Shown here: positions 43,773-55,443 of the stretch, piece after piece
Layout: each line of letters starts with the position of its first letter
Numbering within the stretch: position 1 is the first letter of the stretch
Origin: Eukaryota sp. TZLM1-RC
Lineage: Eukaryota; Protista; Metamonada: BaSk clade
Length of the DNA: 64,000 nucleotides
Assembly: GCA_040285825.1 (NCBI GenBank)
Contig: JAUPSS010000008.1
Location: 744,001-808,000, forward strand
Direction of reading: 5' to 3'
Made by a program: the position numbers and the translations under genes
Notes under the pieces: generated by a model
Databases searched by the model: none
The model's input: the letters and a program-made list of their open reading frames with translations, nothing else
Told to the model about the DNA's origin: nothing

Positions 43773-45188
43773 TGTTGCCTAAAGTCTATTGTAGTAAAGA
43801 AAAGTCTATGAGGAAAAGTTGATTTATTTTCTAATCATAACATATAAGCCTTAGGGCGCCAACACTGCTTCTTCCCTTTTTCAAAATAAATCAGCTTATA
43901 TGAATATGAAACAAAACTATAACAAATAACTAAATAACTATAAAAACTAAGAACTAAATACTAAATTCTAATGTTTTCTATTGTCTACAATTATCTCTGT
44001 AGTGATTGGGATTCGCACAAACACTGGTTTTACATTTTTAAGATCGACAATTGATGTACTATGACTCTCCTACAATAATGTTAGTATAAGATAGTAAGCA
44101 ATAACTGAAAAGGGCCTCGTTCCAAGATCTGTGTGTTTGAATACTTTGTTGTGTATGTTTTAATCGCTACATAAAGCGCTCTGCTTCTTCCCTTTTTCGT
44201 AAACGAGTTACGTGGTAGTGTCGTTTAGTAAAGGTATCATGGAATCGAAGAATGGATTCGCTAATGATCATGCAGGGTCTATGTTGGATCAAAGCAACAG
44301 TAAACGAAGTAACAAACTTCAGAAATTTGAAGGCGGCGTCTTTTGTTGTTAAAGTACTGGCTTTACGACTAAAAATATCAGAGGAACAAAGACCGTATCT
44401 TTGCATTTTAGTACAATAACAGTGGAGGTGGAGTTTCTACTCGTAACCTCGTTTTTGGTCGACTTCTCTTGTGTTTGGCTCCATAAGGAAGAGAGCTGCT
44501 CGAATGAATAAAAGTCCATTGATTCGAGGTAAGGCTCTGTGTCCTTGTTAGGAGGATCCATCACTGGAGTCATCTTCTCCTTCCATCTCATCAAATTTAG
44601 ATTATGTGAATTTCTTCATATTCTCCTAATGCAGAAGACGTGTCTAAGGTGGGATTTCCATCCGTTCCCTTTGAGACAGGTTCTACAATTGGGAGGGGAG
44701 AGGGAGCCAGGTCCGTTCTCGTTACCTCTTCCATTGCTTTGAGGGGAGAGGGAACCGGGTCCGTTCTCGTTACCTCATCTGTTTCTTCTTTTCTTTTGAG
44801 GGGAAAGGGAGCCGGGTCCGTTCTCGTTACCTCTTCTGTTGCTGAAGATGGAGGGACCTCGTCCACTCTTTCATCTTCTTCTACTTTAAGGGAGGGGGAG
44901 GTGGGATCCGGGTCCGTTGCCTCGTTACCCTCTATATCATGTATATGTGACGCTGGTACCTGCTGCATATTAAGTGGGGGATTAGAGTCAGAGATATCTG
45001 GTTGGAAGATGTCTGACATGCTGTAAAGTGTCTGGAGATGTTCACTAATGCTGGAGTTATGGTATACCTTTTGACTTTAAAATGGCCAATAATTATTGTT
45101 GCCTAAAGTCTATTGTAGTAAAGAAAAGTCTACGAGAAAAAGTTGATTTATTTTCTATTCATATTATATAAGCCTTAGGGCGCCAACA
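43773..45188 (-). mobile_element. Non-autonomous short LTR retroelement E2, 1416 bp
   Basis: 92-bp LTRs at 43773-43864 and 45097-45188 (TGTTG...CAACA), 4-bp TSD CTAC, the same PPT and ATAATTATTGGCCAT as E1, and an ORF with EEVTRTDP repeats. Confidence 0.92.
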
Positions 45189-45219
45189 CTACTTTATCAT
45201 TTTAATATCAACCTAAAAA

Positions 45220-46430
45220 AATGGCGTCCATTGTTGACCTGTGGTGATAATAACAACTCATTTGATATACCATTTATTCTTAAACGGATGGAAATTAATG
45301 AGATATCATTTGATTTCAATATTGCACTCTCCTCTGATCAATCTCCTTCTTCCTTGGTTTTTCAAAAGATGGGTTACTCATACTTCCCTTACTGGTTTTT
45401 TTTTCAATAGGCCTTTACAAAATTATTCGAGCCACTTATTCTTTCCCTGGAGGAAGAGCATTGGAAAATGTTTGTTCATTTCTATTCCCTGAACACCGCA
45501 AAATGTCTCTGTTGTCTGATGAAGAAATTGATACGAATAATAAACTTGAAAACTTGGGTCCTGTTGTTGCTCGTGACCAAAAACCACTCATGATTCTGAA
45601 TAAAATTCAGATTTTATGGAATGGCAACGGTGCATCACGTGGAGATTTAGCAGACTATTGTCTATATGATGTCTTTCTTTTTTGTCGACTCTTAAAATTC
45701 AACCGAAAAAGTGAGAGCTGAGTACTCTACGCATCTTGCGCAAGATTTTTATGAATATGTGTTTCAGTGGCTGAATATATTGATGCTGTATGGTAATAGA
45801 CTAGACTAATTGTCCACAGTACAGCAATATGCACCAACCCTAACCCTACAGGGGACTACAGGGTGGACCAAGTGATGACGTGGCAGTGTAAACAAAGGGC
45901 TAAACTAGCAAGATTAAAAGGCAAGGTAAATCTGAAATGAAACAAAGATTGATCGAATTTCCAATGCATAATTGAAAACCGTTTTTGTGATTTTATGGGC
46001 AATATAGAACTGTTTGACGAACCTGAAAGACCTGTCTGTGAATTTTTCATTCAATACTTCCAAAATGACTTTCAAAAGATCGTGGTTGGTGATAAGAATT
46101 CATACTATTCTGAAAAATACAACCCAATGAAGTTGTTATCACATGCAATTTGGATCAACAAGATTGTCAGAAGTGAAAAAGATGCAAATGGTAATATCCT
46201 GTTAACCCCAATTGTTTTCCAATGACTGATACTAATTTTGCCCAACACTTTCTGATGGACTCCAAAGTACTTTGCGATCACTTTGTTGATCAAGAAGAAA
46301 CGCCTGAAGCTGTTGATCCGAACAGTAAACTAAAAACCCACCAATGGCTACAAAGACAATCTAAAGAATTGTATTTGGATCGTGTTGGTTGATACAAGAA
46401 TGCCATCTGGTCGTCCTTTTTAAATTTTGA
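45220..46430 (+). pseudogene. Chain of short same-strand ORF fragments, possibly a decayed gene of unknown family
   Basis: Successive protein-like frames (45461..45721, 45995..46225 and neighbours) broken by stops and frameshifts. No motif recognised. Confidence 0.3.
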
Positions 46431-46473
46431 CGCGAAATGTTTATAACCAACCACTACACTTGCAGAACCAATT

Positions 46474-48144
46474 ATGAATTTTATGGAATTGTACAAACAG
46501 AGGGTTATTCTATTTCATTATTATTCCAAAGAAAAGGGTACTGTGGGTATTACTTTTGGTTGCATGTACCCTCTTTCAAGCTTCATTGTTCTGTTCACAG
46601 TCTTTCTCTTTCTACCAACTTTATCAAGTGCTTCTCTATTCGCTCCTTCTCTGCCAGAAGTCTCTTTCCGGGGCCAGTGGGCCAGTGGCAATTTATCAAT
46701 GTTTCTGAACAGTCGTTCCCGTGAATTTGAAACGCCTCATCTCCTTGAACTGTCTGGAACTTTAGCGTTCCGTTATGGGAAGTACTCATCAAAGGATGAC
46801 ATGAGAACGGACCTTTTTGGACTCTACAACTCCTCCTCTGGATATGCTTTTTGTATGGGGTATCCTCGCCTTTCTCTTGTTAATTTAGATTTTTATTCCT
46901 ATGAACAGGAGATTGGTTATCTTGAACCCAATGCTGAGTTTTTTTCAAGATTTTTGAGTGATAAAAACAGATTAAAAGTTCCTTGTTTATTAGGTGTGGA
47001 GCTATACTTTGATCCTTTTCAACACCCCCCAACCAGGTACAACTTTGTTCATCTTGATGGTTTTGGAATGGCATTCAACTTGACCAACGGCACATTTCCC
47101 CACAAAATTTGTCCTAATGTTGAGAATCTGATACCTGAGACATTGTTTGAGTTTTCAGGTGTGGATAGAGTGCAATACGATCGACAAATGTTTTTTTACT
47201 CAATTATTTGTTTCGTGTCTTCTCTTTTAGTGTTAACAAAGCCAGTACTCAACAATACAGTCAAGAGATGGTTTCCTTTTTATCTACGATTGGTACCTCG
47301 AGATTCTTCCTCTTCTGACATCATGACAGAGGTTTCTGCCTCTCTGTTTGGTCATCTTCCCACATTTACCTCCTTTACTTTAGCTTCTATTGATTTCTGT
47401 TTGTTTATATTCAACTTAACCTGGGCTTTGGTTGTTGATTCGCCTTCAGCCGCTTTACTTGGTTTCGCAAGTTTGTTAATGTTTGCAGGTCTGGTTTACA
47501 TAGACAAGTACTCCATCATTGCTAGAACTCGTGCAGGTTCCCGTTTTGACAGAAGTTCTGCCATTATAATTCCCATATGTGCATTTGCTCTTTTCCTATT
47601 TGCATCAGGCTTAAGCTTTATAGTACTGATTGCTGCTGCCCATGTTTATTTCGTTCTGTTTATCGAAATTGCCTTCTTTTCCAGAGGTCAAGCACCTTGT
47701 TTTCTTTTGAACACACTTTCCGCTTTGGGAAGGTTAGTTGTTCCAGGGTATTTCCTTTTGTATTCTGACAACTTCCTTCTAATGAGACCAGAACCTATTG
47801 TTTTCTGGGTGATGTGTGGTTTGGTGGTTATTGGGATCTTTGCATTGCAGGTATCAAGATCTAGGAATTCAATTTGTGGAAGAGTTTCTGACTGCTTCTC
47901 ACGTGATCATTATGACCCATTGAACCTTCCTGATCGAATAATTGATCGGATCAAAAATCCCGATGATACCGATCCTATTAATTGTACAATTTGTTTAGAG
48001 GACTTGTTGGAAGAAGATTTGACGAATAAGCGATATATCTTCACTAGGTGCTCTCACCTATTCCACAAATCCTGTCTGACTCGATATGCGAATGAATCCT
48101 CTAGCCCAACTGTTGGATGTCCCATTTGTAGGAGTGCGTTGTAG
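46474..48144 (+). CDS. Multi-pass membrane RING-H2 E3 ubiquitin ligase (Tul1/Dsc1-like)
   Basis: Signal-peptide-like segment after the Met at ~46564, a luminal domain, ~7 TM segments, RLVVPGYFLLYSDNF, and C-terminal CTIC...C.HLFH..C...CPICR. Confidence 0.85.
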   Translation: MNFMELYKQRVILFHYYSKEKGTVGITFGCMYPLSSFIVLFTVFLFLPTLSSASLFAPSLPEVSFRGQWASGNLSMFLNSRSREFETPHLLELSGTLAFRYGKYSSKDDMRTDLFGLYNSSSGYAFCMGYPRLSLVNLDFYSYEQEIGYLEPNAEFFSRFLSDKNRLKVPCLLGVELYFDPFQHPPTRYNFVHLDGFGMAFNLTNGTFPHKICPNVENLIPETLFEFSGVDRVQYDRQMFFYSIICFVSSLLVLTKPVLNNTVKRWFPFYLRLVPRDSSSSDIMTEVSASLFGHLPTFTSFTLASIDFCLFIFNLTWALVVDSPSAALLGFASLLMFAGLVYIDKYSIIARTRAGSRFDRSSAIIIPICAFALFLFASGLSFIVLIAAAHVYFVLFIEIAFFSRGQAPCFLLNTLSALGRLVVPGYFLLYSDNFLLMRPEPIVFWVMCGLVVIGIFALQVSRSRNSICGRVSDCFSRDHYDPLNLPDRIIDRIKNPDDTDPINCTICLEDLLEEDLTNKRYIFTRCSHLFHKSCLTRYANESSSPTVGCPICRSAL

Positions 48145-48215
48145 AGCAGAAGCGGTATTTGGTTTGTGAATATTTAGAATTAATTAATGAAAATAATAAT
48201 TGATAATTACTCCTA

Positions 48216-48854
48216 TTAACAATTTGCCCATTTAATCTTAATTATTGAAAGCTTCTCAAATGCATTTCCCTTTGATTTGACCAATACACAGTTCAAACCA
48301 TGATTGTTTAATAAAGATTTGATTCTAGAAAACCCATTTTCTTCCATAATTACCATATAACAAACTCCACAACCATCCAAAACTCTTGGCAAGTCACACA
48401 GAAACGACTCTGTGATGTGAAAACCATCGATACCACCAGCCCATGCAGCATCCAAATGACCGAGGCTCTGGGCAGATGAACACTCATCCTGTTCAGTAGG
48501 TACGTATGGAGGGTTGAAAAGAATCAAGTCAGCAGGGGTGTGGATAGAAGAGAGGAGGTCTCCATTCAGTAAATCTACTACAGTGTTATTCATTGTAGCT
48601 GTTTGTTTTGAACATGTACAAGCAGATGAATTGATGTCGACTGCAGCAGCCAATGAGTTAGGAAAGATCTTCGTGAGAGCTGTTATGCAAACGCCTGATC
48701 CAGGACCCACCTCCAATATAATAGATGGGTTGAGGGAGTTTAAAAAGTCGAATTCATCTTCAAGAGCGTCCAATAATAGGAAGGTATCTTCAGATGGAGG
48801 GTAGACATCACTAGTGATTGGAATTATAGGGTATATTGGTGTGGGAATGAGCAT
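48216..48854 (-). CDS. N6AMT1: eRF1 glutamine methyltransferase HEMK2/N6AMT1 (Mtq2)
   Basis: MLIPTP start, VYPPSEDTFLLLDALE, LEVGPGSG, FNPPYVPT and AAWAGG.DG motifs. Confidence 0.95.
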   Translation of the reverse strand: MLIPTPIYPIIPITSDVYPPSEDTFLLLDALEDEFDFLNSLNPSIILEVGPGSGVCITALTKIFPNSLAAAVDINSSACTCSKQTATMNNTVVDLLNGDLLSSIHTPADLILFNPPYVPTEQDECSSAQSLGHLDAAWAGGIDGFHITESFLCDLPRVLDGCGVCYMVIMEENGFSRIKSLLNNHGLNCVLVKSKGNAFEKLSIIKIKWANC

Positions 48855-48959
48855 ATTAATGTAGAGATTCAATACTAGAGTTTGCAGCAAAAACATGAAA
48901 ACATTAAAATTCAGATAGACTTGCACACTTAACAAAATAATATTTTCCCAATATCAATG

Positions 48960-50247
48960 AGTGATTCCCTCAAGTGGTTCCCTGTGATCTAACCGCCCTT
49001 TTGCAAAATTAAACGTGGACACAATTGGCCCACTTAATAAAGACAACAATGATAATAAATATTTATTAGTTTTCGTCGATTCATTCACAAGGTACACGAT
49101 ACTTGTACCATTGAAAAAAGTCAATGCCTTAGAAGTAGCAGATGCTTTGATATGGAACGTTTGCTCTATATTTCGCATACCTTTGTCTATACATAGTTAT
49201 AATGGTCGTGAGTTCGCCAATGAAATATTTGACTTGCTTTGCCAAAGAATGTCAATTGAAGTATCAAATTCAATTCCTTATTATTCTGAGAGTAAGGGAT
49301 TGGCAGACAGAAAACATTGAGATGTGTTACAATGTATAAGGAAATTATCAATACACTGCAACGACTACGATGCATGGTACACTTATGTACCAATAGCTCA
49401 AATAGAAATATATTCAACTGAAAGCAGAATTAGAAAACACACTCCATACGAACTGATGTTCGGGTGATCTATAATCCCAAGATCAGATCCTGCTGACATC
49501 CTAGGAAGCATTTTCGATTTTGAATCCAATGTGCCACTTTTACAAGACCCCAAAGTTAAGAATCATAGTCTCCAAAAGAAATGGGAAGAAGAAGAGTATC
49601 ACCAATTATTAAACACACCCAGTCATATGAAAAACACAGATGAAAACACATTGAATTTTGGTCACTATTTTTTTCGAAATACTAAACAACCTAATCAATA
49701 ACACGGATCTTGGTTAGGCCCTTATCTGGTTTTAGAAACCCCTTCCAACTCCACTTTATTAATAAAGAACCTGACGACTGGTGAACAGACAAAAATATCT
49801 AAGAGGAACTGCAAAATTTATAACACTGACAATCCTAACAAAGTTGATTTACTTAGAGCAATCGCAGCTACTGATTCAGGTAAACATGTGATCGAAGAAA
49901 ACCAGTCCTTGACCAGTATAATACTACTCAAGGACACTTCTGTATTGTAAGATGGTTTGGTGAAGATATTACAGGGAACCACTTCATTCTATCAGATACT
50001 CAGAAGCGTATCAACGATTTAATAAGAAACCAAATAAAAGAAAATGTAAATCTATTAAATCCAACAACGCAGCTTGGGCACTCCCCGTGCCTCAGAAAAA
50101 GCGTTATCCGCAAAGGAAGCGGAAGAACAACTGTAAATAATTTTTGTAAAGAAAACGGGGGAAATTAGTGTAGGTTTTTCACTAGTGAGCACCCTATAGG
50201 TTTAAATAAAATTATCTTTATCCTAACCGCTTTAGTTAACCCTTACA
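48960..50247 (+). mobile_element. Gypsy integrase-chromodomain remnant with PPT and a short 3' LTR
   Basis: PFAKLNVDTIGPL, VDSFTRY, TPYELMFG, GSWLGPY (GPY/F motif) and chromodomain-like FCIVRWFG. Purine tract at ~50147-50164 followed by TGTAGG...CCTTACA (50169-50247, 79 bp). Confidence 0.8.
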
Positions 50248-50269
50248 ATAACACATACAATTAGCAGAT

Positions 50270-50900
50270 ATGCCTCCGGGTAATAGAAGTACAGTACGTA
50301 CTAATGTCAGAGACCCAAATTATGTCATGTGCAGATCATATCAAGTAGATTCTTTAGAACCATTGTTATCTAAATTAATTCTGAGTTGACCCCATTATTG
50401 ATAGTATTTGTCACAAAAGTGCTTCTATGGGTCTGACAAGGGGTGATTTGGTTGTTCCTGTTTAAATGGGAGCTTCACTATTTTAGATGCAATGTCCATT
50501 GACCCTTGTAATTTTTGAATGAACATTTCATTAATTTAGATGTCAATAATCCTCTTCTTGCTGGAGAAGAATAAAACTTGCTAAATATGCGAAACCTGTT
50601 TGTTCTGTCAATGAAAATTCTCATGACCCTATTCTATGTGTCCCTTTGATTTTACTTTGTTTGGTGCTTTAGCTAAAGCTGTTTTGACATTCCTCGAAGA
50701 TTTCAGTGTAATTGTGCAGGAAAGAACTGGAAGAATTTTCAATTGTGTTTACTACCAATACAAAATTATATTTTCAACTTATAAGGGAATGGTGAAATTA
50801 ATTTTTGATTCACTTTTTTCCTTTGTTTCGATTCTTAGAATGTTTAGTATTAAACTGTTTCGATGTTGGAGAAGCAACTATTTATATATGATTTGCAGTT
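50270..50900 (+). mobile_element. CRE-like family C 3' remnant
   Basis: Nucleotide match to 57300-57900 (ASMGLTRGDLVVP, MSIDPC, ERTGRIF). Confidence 0.8.
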
Positions 50901-51777
50901 GTTGAGCTTTTGTTGATTTGATATTTGTATTTTTTCTTAGATATTTAGTGAAACGCATAGGTTGAAAAAATTGAATGTTGACGTAAAATATCGTGAAATA
51001 TTAGTAACTTTTCCACTGTTTTGTTAAAAACAGCTGATTACTTTTATCTTTATAGTTTCTAGCAATGGCTGCAATTTCATCTACTTCAGTGTCACCGCTC
51101 TCCCTACCGCTGAAATCATTTTCATTCTTCTTTGCAGGAGAGTGTTTTGTTTTAACACCGTTGTATGTAGATTCTCAACCAGATTTAACCAACAATTCCT
51201 CATGTGACTTCTTCATGGCGATATCATATCCACACTCACCACACACTTTGATGAAATCTTTCTGTAGTTCCATCATAATCTAATGAATGTTGAATTTTTA
51301 CAAAATATAATACCACACTGTTATTGTTTTATGAACATTAATACACACAATTATTAGAATCAACAATATTCAAAGACCATTTCGTGTTGATTGTATTAGA
51401 AGACATAACAGGACTTATAAGGAAACTCATGGAAAAAATGGGCAAGAAATCGATCTAAGTTGAGTTCAGGGAACCAGCATCTTTTTTGAAAGCTGATTGA
51501 GCAAGCATAAAATTCAAATCGAAGACATTTATAACGCATATTTAATACAGTCTAGAATGACAAATGTGTCCGTAATTCAATGTATTATTGGGATCAAAAT
51601 AGTGCTGAGCATGTTGGGGCAGTAAAAAGATAATCATCAAAATGAAATTGAGGAGACGGTTCAACTGTTAGTCTTGAATAGTATTTATAGTTTATTTGTA
51701 TAGTTTATTAGTATTAAAACCTAATGTAGAATGTATGAAAAAGATCTTTATAATAATATTTAAAAGTGGTTTATTAA

Positions 51778-52860
51778 GCAAAGTTCCACTGTTTTTGCTT
51801 TAAATGATGAAATTTCGAAAATTGATGTAAAAAAATAAAATTGTTGCTTTCCCCAATCATTCAATGGCAATATTCCAGAAAAGATTTTTTTAAATTTAAA
51901 ATACACTCTTCGAGCATTACAGAAACGATTGACTGGAATGTATGAAAATGATCTTTATAATAACATATGCAGCTCGGCTGTTTTAAATCAAGATCTTCAC
52001 TCATTGTTATTGGAAAAGGGTGTTTGTGAAAACAAGGCGTCAGATTCTTCACTTTTTGTAACCATTGTACCACGAAGATTTGGATTGTGTGCCACTAATG
52101 AAGCATTTGTAACAAAAATGAGATTATATTTGAACATCCCCATTAACCAATTATTATCAAAAGAAAAATGTATTTGTTCGAATTCACCTCAACTCACTTT
52201 GCGCCATGCTCTAAATTGTTCTAAATTGATAACTTATCGTTCTTCATTACATGATGCTGTTAGAGACACTGTTTTCAATATGGCACAAACTGCAAGGATA
52301 TCGTGTATCAAAGAGCCCCTGCTGAAGGAAACACTTTCTCTGAATAATTTTGGTTCTGATGATAGAGGTGATGTATACTGTGATTGGATTGATAATTCTG
52401 AAGCTATTGTTGACTTTGTCTCATGTAATGTTGCAAACGATACTTTGGTTCACAGAAGAAAACTTAATCCTGTGGCTGCTCTGGATTTTAAAGCAAAAGA
52501 AAAACATAGAAAATATGATAAAGAAATTGAAGATGCAAATGTCGATAGAAATACACAGCTGGTTTTTATTGCTTTCCCATTTTCGATAAATGGAAGATTA
52601 TCAGTTGAAGCAGAAACTTTTTTGGATGACTTCCAAAAATTGGTGAAAGAAAAAACAATGAAAAGATTTGATATTTTTTTATGGCGTTCACGGATTCAAT
52701 TTGCCATTATTAATAGATTACCGCGGTTTTTCAATCGAATTAGAGAAGCTTTAGCTAGACAGCAAGCAAATCAAGATTTTGTAGAGGAAATCTTGGTTTA
52801 ATGATAGTCGTCCCATTAGTTATGATTTAATTTAATCAAGTGTGCAAATTCAATAAATAT
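51778..52860 (+). mobile_element. CRE-like family A copy, 5'-truncated, with an intact CCHC-RLE frame
   Basis: ORF 51929..52801 (CICS..HALNC, RGDVYCD, KEKHRKY). Near-identical to 5317-6400. AATAAA at ~52852. Confidence 0.9.
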
Positions 52861-53637
52861 AATTATTAGTATTCCGCCTATTAGTTTAAGAAGAGAGAAT
52901 ACAATTCCTCTTCGTAATAAATCTCGTTACATTTCTACTGTATGTCTGACACTAACTCGCCTAGACCATCACAACCAATAAATCTAAATTGGTCTAAAAC
53001 TCAAGATTCTGATTTTTTGCTTTTTTTATTTGTTTAGTAAATGTCAATTGATGATGATTTCTCACAAATCAAGACAGTTGTTCTCCTTGATTCAACTGTA
53101 TCTTTTTTGATAACAACAAGATCAGAGCTGAAATGCAACAAGACAAGAGGAAAAAACCAAAACGATTTGACAGGGTAAACCAATAAAAATCAAAACCAAT
53201 AAATGATTTATTATGAACCAATGATCAATAGATCTAGGAAAAAAGTAGCAAAAGTATTTAAAATTGAATCATATCTCTATTTAATATCTATTATAAATTT
53301 CAGGAATTTAACAAAGAACACCACCATTTTTTTTCAACTAAAACTAAACAATTGGTCTATTTGAGACCAGAAAATAATATTTAGGAGATCAAGAGAACAG
53401 ATGATTCTGATCTGCCGAATTCATTAATGTCATCAGCAAAAGCAATATTTGCTTACAAAGACCTGATGCCAGTGTTATTCCATGTGATATTCCAAACTAA
53501 ACTTCTTTACTTCTTAAATCAAAAGAATGATAGTTTCAGGAAACTGCCGGGTCACAATGATCAATAGATCACAGAGTTAAATACATACAAACAAAGAACT
53601 AAAAATAAGAAAGGCTAGGAAAAATTGGAAGAAAAAG

Positions 53638-54261
53638 CTATTGTAGAAGCTGCCAATTAACACCAAAGAACTCAGTCAAAACTGCATCTTGTACAGCTAT
53701 CCAGTCGCTTCCCAAGATTTCTGAATGTCTTCTGACTGCTGCTCTGATGAAGGGTCTTCCAACATGAGGAGCACTAAGAAGGTAGCAAACATATTCAAAA
53801 GTGTAGTTAAACATGTCCATTGATGAAACCGATGTCCGAAATTGGGCAACCTCTAGCTTACACAGCTGATTCATAAAACCTAAGTTTGGCCGAATATTGG
53901 GTCTTTTGCTATGTACAAGTTGGTAGGCTTCAGCAAGATTAAAGTTATGTCGAAGCATTAAAATCATCAAAACAACCGAAGGAGCCCTCGAAACACCTTG
54001 GTTACAGTTGATCACGATATTCCCATTTATTGAATCATAGAAAGACAATATGTCGGTCTGATGTGTAATGATGTCCTGTGAGCTGAGATCAAGTAGACGC
54101 AAGTGGTATGACTTACAAAGTGATGAAACTTCTTTTGGGATAAATCGTTCGGCAGCTACTGAGAGGACGCCTGATATCTGGTATTCACGAAGAAAGTTAA
54201 TTGAAAACGCTGTATTAGCAGCAGCTAGATAGATGTTGTGGAAGATGTGCTGCCCATCCAT
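53638..54261 (-). CDS. Atypical dual-specificity protein phosphatase
   Basis: IYLA..., general-acid Asp (LLDLSSQDI), P-loop INCNQGVSRAP and KRPNIRPNLGFMNQL. Confidence 0.9.
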   Translation of the reverse strand: MDGQHIFHNIYLAAANTAFSINFLREYQISGVLSVAAERFIPKEVSSLCKSYHLRLLDLSSQDIITHQTDILSFYDSINGNIVINCNQGVSRAPSVVLMILMLRHNFNLAEAYQLVHSKRPNIRPNLGFMNQLCKLEVAQFRTSVSSMDMFNYTFEYVCYLLSAPHVGRPFIRAAVRRHSEILGSDWIAVQDAVLTEFFGVNWQLLQ

Positions 54262-54714
54262 TCTTATAGATATTGTCTATAACAATGGAATAAGTGTTGT
54301 AAAAACAGTTTGTGGGAAGTGGACCACAAACTTCTCTGACCTTCATCAAATTTAGCTCTCTGCAGGTTTAGTTTTTCTTCAGTAAGGTTTGTTTCATAAG
54401 GCACAAACTTATCCCAGTTGGTGCCTCATTTGTTCATTTAGGAATTCCTGGTAACTTGTGATTGTTTACTAAATACGTTATGAACAACATCAAAACGTAG
54501 ATGTTTATATTTCCAAGCATTCAGTTTATTCACCAATCCCAGTGAATAAAATAACAAAATGAATAGACAAAATGAATAAACAGATCTGCTTTTGTTACAG
54601 TCAATTCGTTGTTCTACATCCTTTTATTTCCATAACCTTGATATTCTTGGTATAGTACTCCAATCTATAGCTCTACCTTTAGTCAAGCGTCACAATCATT
54701 TATCAACGATGACT

Positions 54715-54924
54715 TTAAGGATTCCATTTCATGTGGTTTTTCAGCGATCTTATTCCTTCTTTCGACTTTCTTCCCACATATTTCACACCAGCAACCGAAT
54801 AGACTGCCCCTTTGAATGCGGCTCTTTTCACGGTTTTACCTGTTGTCTTTGCAGCAGCAACTGTTTTGTCTGTCATAGATGGGTTGTTTGAATCTAAACG
54901 GGAATATGACGATGAATGAGGCAT
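54715..54924 (-). CDS. Small basic hypothetical protein (69 aa)
   Basis: ATG-started, GC-richer than its flanks, amphipathic Ala/Lys pattern, same strand as neighbouring genes. Confidence 0.4.
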   Translation of the reverse strand: MPHSSSYSRLDSNNPSMTDKTVAAAKTTGKTVKRAAFKGAVYSVAGVKYVGRKSKEGIRSLKNHMKWNP

Positions 54925-55443
54925 TGTACGTCAAAATAAGTAATTTTGAAACGTTTTACGAAGTTTTAAGCAAAAAAAGATATCTGAAAATAATTCATTT
55001 TTATTCTTATTGCAGCAGAAATGGTTACTGGTGAATGTTTTGAGAAAGGTTTGGATGAGGATGCAATTAGGTAGAATTCGTCCAAATCTACCTGAACGGA
55101 TCAACCGTTGCGTATTATCAATTTGTAGAAGTTTTATTACTTTGACATTGTCACATTATACACAGATTTCTTATGAAATCATTAATTTCCAAGTCTAAAA
55201 GGCCAAGCTTTTTCAGCAATTGTTGTGCGAACGCTCTGGTTGAATATTTCAAAATTAAGACAAAAGTAAACACTTCACAAATCATTCTTGACCAGGCACA
55301 ACTGTACAATAATAACAATATTGAATACATTGATTATAATTAATCTATTGTCATTACCTTTATAATTGATTTTTCTGATGTGGTTTAGGAGAATTAATGA
55401 AAAATCAACATCACCATAAGATATTGATGAATTAGCTATTGTT

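Noticed and set aside
44690-44940. CRISPR-like repeat-spacer pattern (GGTCCGTTCTCGTTACCTC units)
   Set aside because: These are coding repeats (EEVTRTDP) with related intervening sequence inside an LTR element. No cas genes, and the context is eukaryotic.
45834-45862. Telomere-like AACCCT repeats
   Set aside because: Only two units, compatible with chance.
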